The position numbers and the translations under genes were made by a program. A model generated the notes under the pieces. It did no database searches and was not told where the DNA came from. It worked only from the letters and a program-made list of their open reading frames with translations. Positions 59,921 to 64,000 of a stretch of DNA of 64,000 nt are shown one piece after another; the stretch's first letter is position 1; each line of letters opens with the position of its first letter. The stretch comes from Candidatus Woesearchaeota archaeon (lineage in GTDB: Archaea; Nanobdellota; Nanobdellia; Woesearchaeales; UBA583): NCBI GenBank assembly GCA_965205335.1, contig OZ242164.1, forward strand, positions 608,001 through 672,000, written 5' to 3'.

Positions 59921-60151
59921 ATGGATGACAACTCTGCTAAAACTCAAGCAAAAGAAATAATGGATAAATTTATGAATGCTATGTCTGATATTTCAGTTGA
60001 AGAAGAATTTATCCTGAAAAGAAACAAATGCTTTAGAGAAGATAGAATGGGATGTGAAACTGATGAAGACTTCAGACAAAGATTTCTATCAAACGCAAAA
60101 AAGACATCAAAAAATGCAATACTTACAAACAAAGGAGACTGGGAAAAATGA
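59921..60151 (+). CDS. GatC-like small protein
   Basis: AKEIMDKF...FRED...FRQRFLSNA..KGDW pattern. Confidence 0.6.
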   Translation: MDDNSAKTQAKEIMDKFMNAMSDISVEEEFILKRNKCFREDRMGCETDEDFRQRFLSNAKKTSKNAILTNKGDWEK

Positions 60152-60708
60152 AACACAAAAGAGAACAAATATCAAAAAAAAGAAACACAAGTGATTTAAA
60201 TAAGAAATATATGGCGCTCACTATAATGATTTTAATGATACTATCAGTTGTAGCATTTGCATTCATATCAAGCACAGGAAGTGGAAACAACTCACAAAAC
60301 TCAGGTAGAGATATCTCTTTGGGATTAAATTACAGAGATGAACAGGGAAATACATACTACGGAGCAAGAATAAACGAAGAAGAATTCATTTTCATAGAAG
60401 GTATTGAAGGCTTTGAAGGAATTGAAAGTTCAAGACAACTTGCGGAAAGAATTAAAACAAAAAAAATATTAAAAATCTACATTGACGAAAACTTCACATC
60501 AGGAGATGCAGTTTACCTAATTGAAAAATCACTTAACGCTCTTGAAATAACTCACACTAGGATAAATGAATTAAGTTGCGATTCAGAAACATTAGTTATA
60601 ACAAACAAAAGAGATTTTGAAGGAGAATGCCTTGTCTTTGAATCTCCAAAAGGAGAAGAAAACTATTTATCTCAAGCCTTAGTATATCATCTCATAAAAG
60701 ATTACTAA
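60148..60708 (+). CDS. Membrane-anchored hypothetical protein
   Basis: Single N-terminal TM helix, ATGA coupling. Confidence 0.7.
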   Translation: MKHKREQISKKRNTSDLNKKYMALTIMILMILSVVAFAFISSTGSGNNSQNSGRDISLGLNYRDEQGNTYYGARINEEEFIFIEGIEGFEGIESSRQLAERIKTKKILKIYIDENFTSGDAVYLIEKSLNALEITHTRINELSCDSETLVITNKRDFEGECLVFESPKGEENYLSQALVYHLIKDY

Positions 60709-60710
60709 CG

Positions 60711-63062
60711 CTATTTCTTCTGATTTGTTTCCTTTTTACTTTTAGATGCCTTTTTTTCAGAAGGAATAATTGGGGATTTCAAATCAACCTTACCATTAAC
60801 TATTTTCATCATAGTTTTGCACTTAGGATAACCATTGCACCCAAGAAACTCTCCATAAGAAGACTTCCTTAAAACCATCTTCCCCTCATTACAAGTAGGA
60901 CAAACCATTCCTTCCTCCTCATACTTCTTCTCACTACTCATCTCATCTTCATCAGGATTAATACATACCTTCTGCAACTTCCCCTCAGACTTTCCAGCAA
61001 GAACCCATATCTTGCCATTCTCATCAACAGCCCCTTCCTCAATACCTCGTACAATATTTGCCTGCGGAACATTAAAAATTGTTTTACAATCTGGATACTT
61101 ATCACATCCTATAAACATCTTCCCACTCTTTTTAGCTTTTCTGATAAGAAGAACACCTTCTGAGCAATTAGGACACTTTGCAATCTTTAACCTTGAAAGA
61201 TCTGAAATCTTAGATGCCTTAGCAAGTTTTTTTCCCAATTCAACCTCACTGCCTTTAATTGTATCTAAAATTTTCGTTAATTCAGCCTTTGCAACATCTA
61301 AAACCTTCTCAGGTGCTGACTTCTCAGAACGGATTTTCTCCATCTCCTTCTCAAACTGTCTTGTAAGTTTCTCATCAACCAAATCAGGACACTCATCAAA
61401 AATAACCTCATCCATCCTAATTCCCAACTCAGAAACCTTAATCGACTTACCCTCAATATATCCCCTCTCTCTTAAACTATCTAAAATTGCCGCCCTTGTT
61501 GCCTTCGTTCCAAGATTTCTCTTTTCAAGTTCCTTAATAATTGAAGCATCAGTATACCTCTTAGGTGGAGATGTCTCCTTCTCAAGTTTCTCAATCTTCT
61601 TATTAACAACCTTAGCACCCTTATTAAGGCTTGGCAACTCAACTTCCTCAAACCTCAAATAAGGCTCATACAAATCATGCCAGTTCCTCTCAACAGTTCT
61701 TGTTCCCCTTAACACGAAATTATGAGAATTCACATTAATGCTAATAACATTTGTCTCACGAACTGCATCCTCTCCAAACACCGCTAAAAACCTCTTAACA
61801 ATTAAATCATATAACTTCTTCTCAGCCCCTTCAAATTTTGAGGGAATTTCTCCTGTTGGATGAATTGCAGGATGGGCAGGATCATCTTTCTTTCCCTCAT
61901 TTGGTTTAACTTTGGGATTAACTTTTAAAACCAGTTCAACCTTATCCCTATACATAGATTGTCCTGCAAGTCTCTTCAATTTATCATTCAAATCAAGTTC
62001 CTTTGGGAGTTTCTGTGACGACGTCCTTGGATACGAAGTATACCCTCCCACATACAAACTCTGAGCAATCTCAAGAGTTCTCTTAGGTGAAAACCCAAGC
62101 ATAGTACTTGCCTCAATCTGAAGAGAAGTCAAATCAAAAGGAGTTGGAACTTTCTGCTTAAACTTTTTTGCAGAAATATCTTCTATAACTCCATCCTTGC
62201 CAGTAGTCTCACAAACAACCTGCTCTGCCCATTTCTCATCAAAAACCTTTGTCTTGTCAACAGAAGACTTGACACCCTCAGAATCAGAAAAATCAGAAAC
62301 ATCACTTCTAACTTTCTTTGCTTTATCCAAAGGCATCTCATACTGAGCCCTGACATCAACACTATCACAATCACCATCTAAATAAATCTCACAAAACTTC
62401 TCAGGCTTAAATGCCTCAATTTCCTTCTCTCTATGAGCTAAAAAATGAAGAGTTGGGGCCTGAACTCTTCCGGTAGATAAAACCTTGAACTGATTAACTC
62501 CTCTTCTTATTGAAGTAGTAAATGCTCTTGACAAATTAATACCATAGAGCCAATCAAGCTTATGCCTTGTGGTCCCTGCCTTTGCCTGTCCCCACTCAAG
62601 ATGACTCTGCTTATTCTCATACGACTTAACCAACTCATTCTTTGTAAGAGTTGAAAACTTCATTCGGTTTGCATCACTCCTATTTAAAGCCAAAGTTACA
62701 ATATTAAGTCCTATAACCTCTCCCTCAACATCAAAATCAGATGCAACGGTAACCTCTTTAGCATCCTTTCCCAAAGCAATAAGAACATTAACATAATCCT
62801 TTGTATAAGCCAAAGCCTTACTTAACTTATACGTTGGTTTCCATTCAGTTTCAAAAACAGGATACTTCCAAGACTCCCCTCCTTTCTCACTAAGAGAATA
62901 TAAATGCCCAACAGCACAGCCAACTCTAATTTGCTTTCCATTATGCGTTAAAGAATAATAATTAACTCCTTTCTCCCTTAATTTGAGAGGGGTATTATCA
63001 GCCAAAGCCATTGCAATCTTCTGGGCTGCCTGTGGTTTTTCAGAAATAATAAGTTCATACAT
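60711..63062 (-). CDS. topA: Type IA DNA topoisomerase with C-terminal Zn ribbons
   Basis: ISEKP, ASDFDVEGE, STGRVQAP, SYPRT, AHPAIHPT, GTKATR. Confidence 0.97.
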   Translation of the reverse strand: MYELIISEKPQAAQKIAMALADNTPLKLREKGVNYYSLTHNGKQIRVGCAVGHLYSLSEKGGESWKYPVFETEWKPTYKLSKALAYTKDYVNVLIALGKDAKEVTVASDFDVEGEVIGLNIVTLALNRSDANRMKFSTLTKNELVKSYENKQSHLEWGQAKAGTTRHKLDWLYGINLSRAFTTSIRRGVNQFKVLSTGRVQAPTLHFLAHREKEIEAFKPEKFCEIYLDGDCDSVDVRAQYEMPLDKAKKVRSDVSDFSDSEGVKSSVDKTKVFDEKWAEQVVCETTGKDGVIEDISAKKFKQKVPTPFDLTSLQIEASTMLGFSPKRTLEIAQSLYVGGYTSYPRTSSQKLPKELDLNDKLKRLAGQSMYRDKVELVLKVNPKVKPNEGKKDDPAHPAIHPTGEIPSKFEGAEKKLYDLIVKRFLAVFGEDAVRETNVISINVNSHNFVLRGTRTVERNWHDLYEPYLRFEEVELPSLNKGAKVVNKKIEKLEKETSPPKRYTDASIIKELEKRNLGTKATRAAILDSLRERGYIEGKSIKVSELGIRMDEVIFDECPDLVDEKLTRQFEKEMEKIRSEKSAPEKVLDVAKAELTKILDTIKGSEVELGKKLAKASKISDLSRLKIAKCPNCSEGVLLIRKAKKSGKMFIGCDKYPDCKTIFNVPQANIVRGIEEGAVDENGKIWVLAGKSEGKLQKVCINPDEDEMSSEKKYEEEGMVCPTCNEGKMVLRKSSYGEFLGCNGYPKCKTMMKIVNGKVDLKSPIIPSEKKASKSKKETNQKK

Positions 63063-63213
63063 ATTTAATTAAAGTAGAAGAAACTTTTTATAAGTCTTTG
63101 TTTTAAAAGAATTACAAAAACCAAACTAAAATCAAAAACTCCAAAAAACCATTCAAAAATATCAAAAAACATAAAACCCAAAAAAACTATCACAACATCT
63201 AAAAACTCATAGC

Positions 63214-63869
63214 CTATAACTTTAACTCTAAATACAAATTCCCTTTATCATACTGTAATTTCCTTACCCTTAAATTTACACTCATGCAAAGACTCTTTAA
63301 CTCATCCTCTCTAAACAAATAATAAAACCTATTAAACTTCTCACTTTTATAAGTATAAGTAACTCTCACTCTCTGCTTACTCTCATCAATAAACTTAAAC
63401 TTTCCCTTCTCAATCTGCTTATCTAAAAATTCTTTTTTGGGAAACCAATTTGAAAGCAAAATAACACCATTAGACTTTACAACCCTTCTCATTTCATTTA
63501 AAGCCTTTAACTGTTCCTCTCTCTCAAGCAAATGATGAAAACTTGCAATACAAATTACAATATCAAAAGAATTACTCTCAAAAGGCAGACTCTCCAAATC
63601 AGCCTGCGCAACCTCAAACCCTTTCTTCTTTGTAACATCAAGCTGATTCTCTGAAAAATCACAACCCACTAAATTAAAATCACAAAACCCAATCTTTAGG
63701 GCATACTCCAAATGCCTTCCATTCCCGCATCCTAAATCAAGAAGTTTCAAATCTCCCTTATCCGAAAAACTATCAAGAAACTCACAAACAACTTTCCACA
63801 CATATCCTCTCTTAGAATCCCAACTGAAATCAAATCATAAGTCTCTTCATTAACCTTTTTATAGCGCAT
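63214..63869 (-). CDS. Class I SAM methyltransferase (Trm9/AlkBH8-like), frameshifted near the N-terminus
   Basis: LLDLGCGNGR, ICIASFHHL, RFYYLF; the N-terminus MRYKKVNEETYDLIS is in a different frame from WDSKRGYVW. Confidence 0.8.
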
Positions 63870-63994
63870 CACAAAAACAAATCCTGCAAATTTTATATAT
63901 TTAAGCAAAAAGAAAATCAAATCATAAGTCTCTTCATTAACCTGCATCACAAAAACAAATCCTGCAAATTTTATATATTTAAGCAAAAAGAAAA
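63827..63994. repeat. Tandem duplication (87-bp period) of the methyltransferase promoter and 5' end
   Basis: AAATCAAATCATAAGTCTCTTCATTAACC...TATATTTAAGCAAAAAGAAAA occurs twice; the second copy lacks 9 bp. Confidence 0.93.
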
Positions 63995-64000
63995 CATCAT

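Noticed and set aside
2103-62377. Numerous short ORFs overlapping recognised genes (e.g. 25945, 27902, 48791, 61012)
   Set aside because: Antisense or off-frame shadows of well-supported genes, with no motifs of their own.

Overview
Low-GC archaeal chromosomal segment, most likely a DPANN (Woesearchaeota/Nanobdellota-like) genome. The basis is aEF-1alpha, uS10, eL18, eL21, Rpo4, GatE, a fused PriS-PriL primase, a doubled Lrp/AsnC regulator and TATA boxes just upstream of start codons. Housekeeping genes are interleaved with accessory DNA: (i) a type I restriction-modification operon with four cargo genes, including a HEPN-motif protein, nested between hsdM and hsdS; (ii) an intact IS481 with 42-bp TIRs and a 15-bp target duplication; (iii) GGCT(C/T)TGT-ended MITEs, including an array at 56.5-57.6 kb where two inverted 128-bp MITEs and a passenger-gene cassette are separated by four copies of the same 8-mer GTGTTCAA; (iv) three large tandem-repeat proteins (40-aa helical repeats with hypervariable dipeptides, 20-aa LRR-like repeats, 41-aa Cys-rich repeats with a frameshifted extra C-terminal module); (v) several disrupted genes. 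RNA genes are an initiator tRNA-Met and a minimal ~150-nt 4.5S-like SRP RNA. I saw no CRISPR array, rRNA or reverse transcriptase. All product calls come from motif recognition by eye, not database searches.
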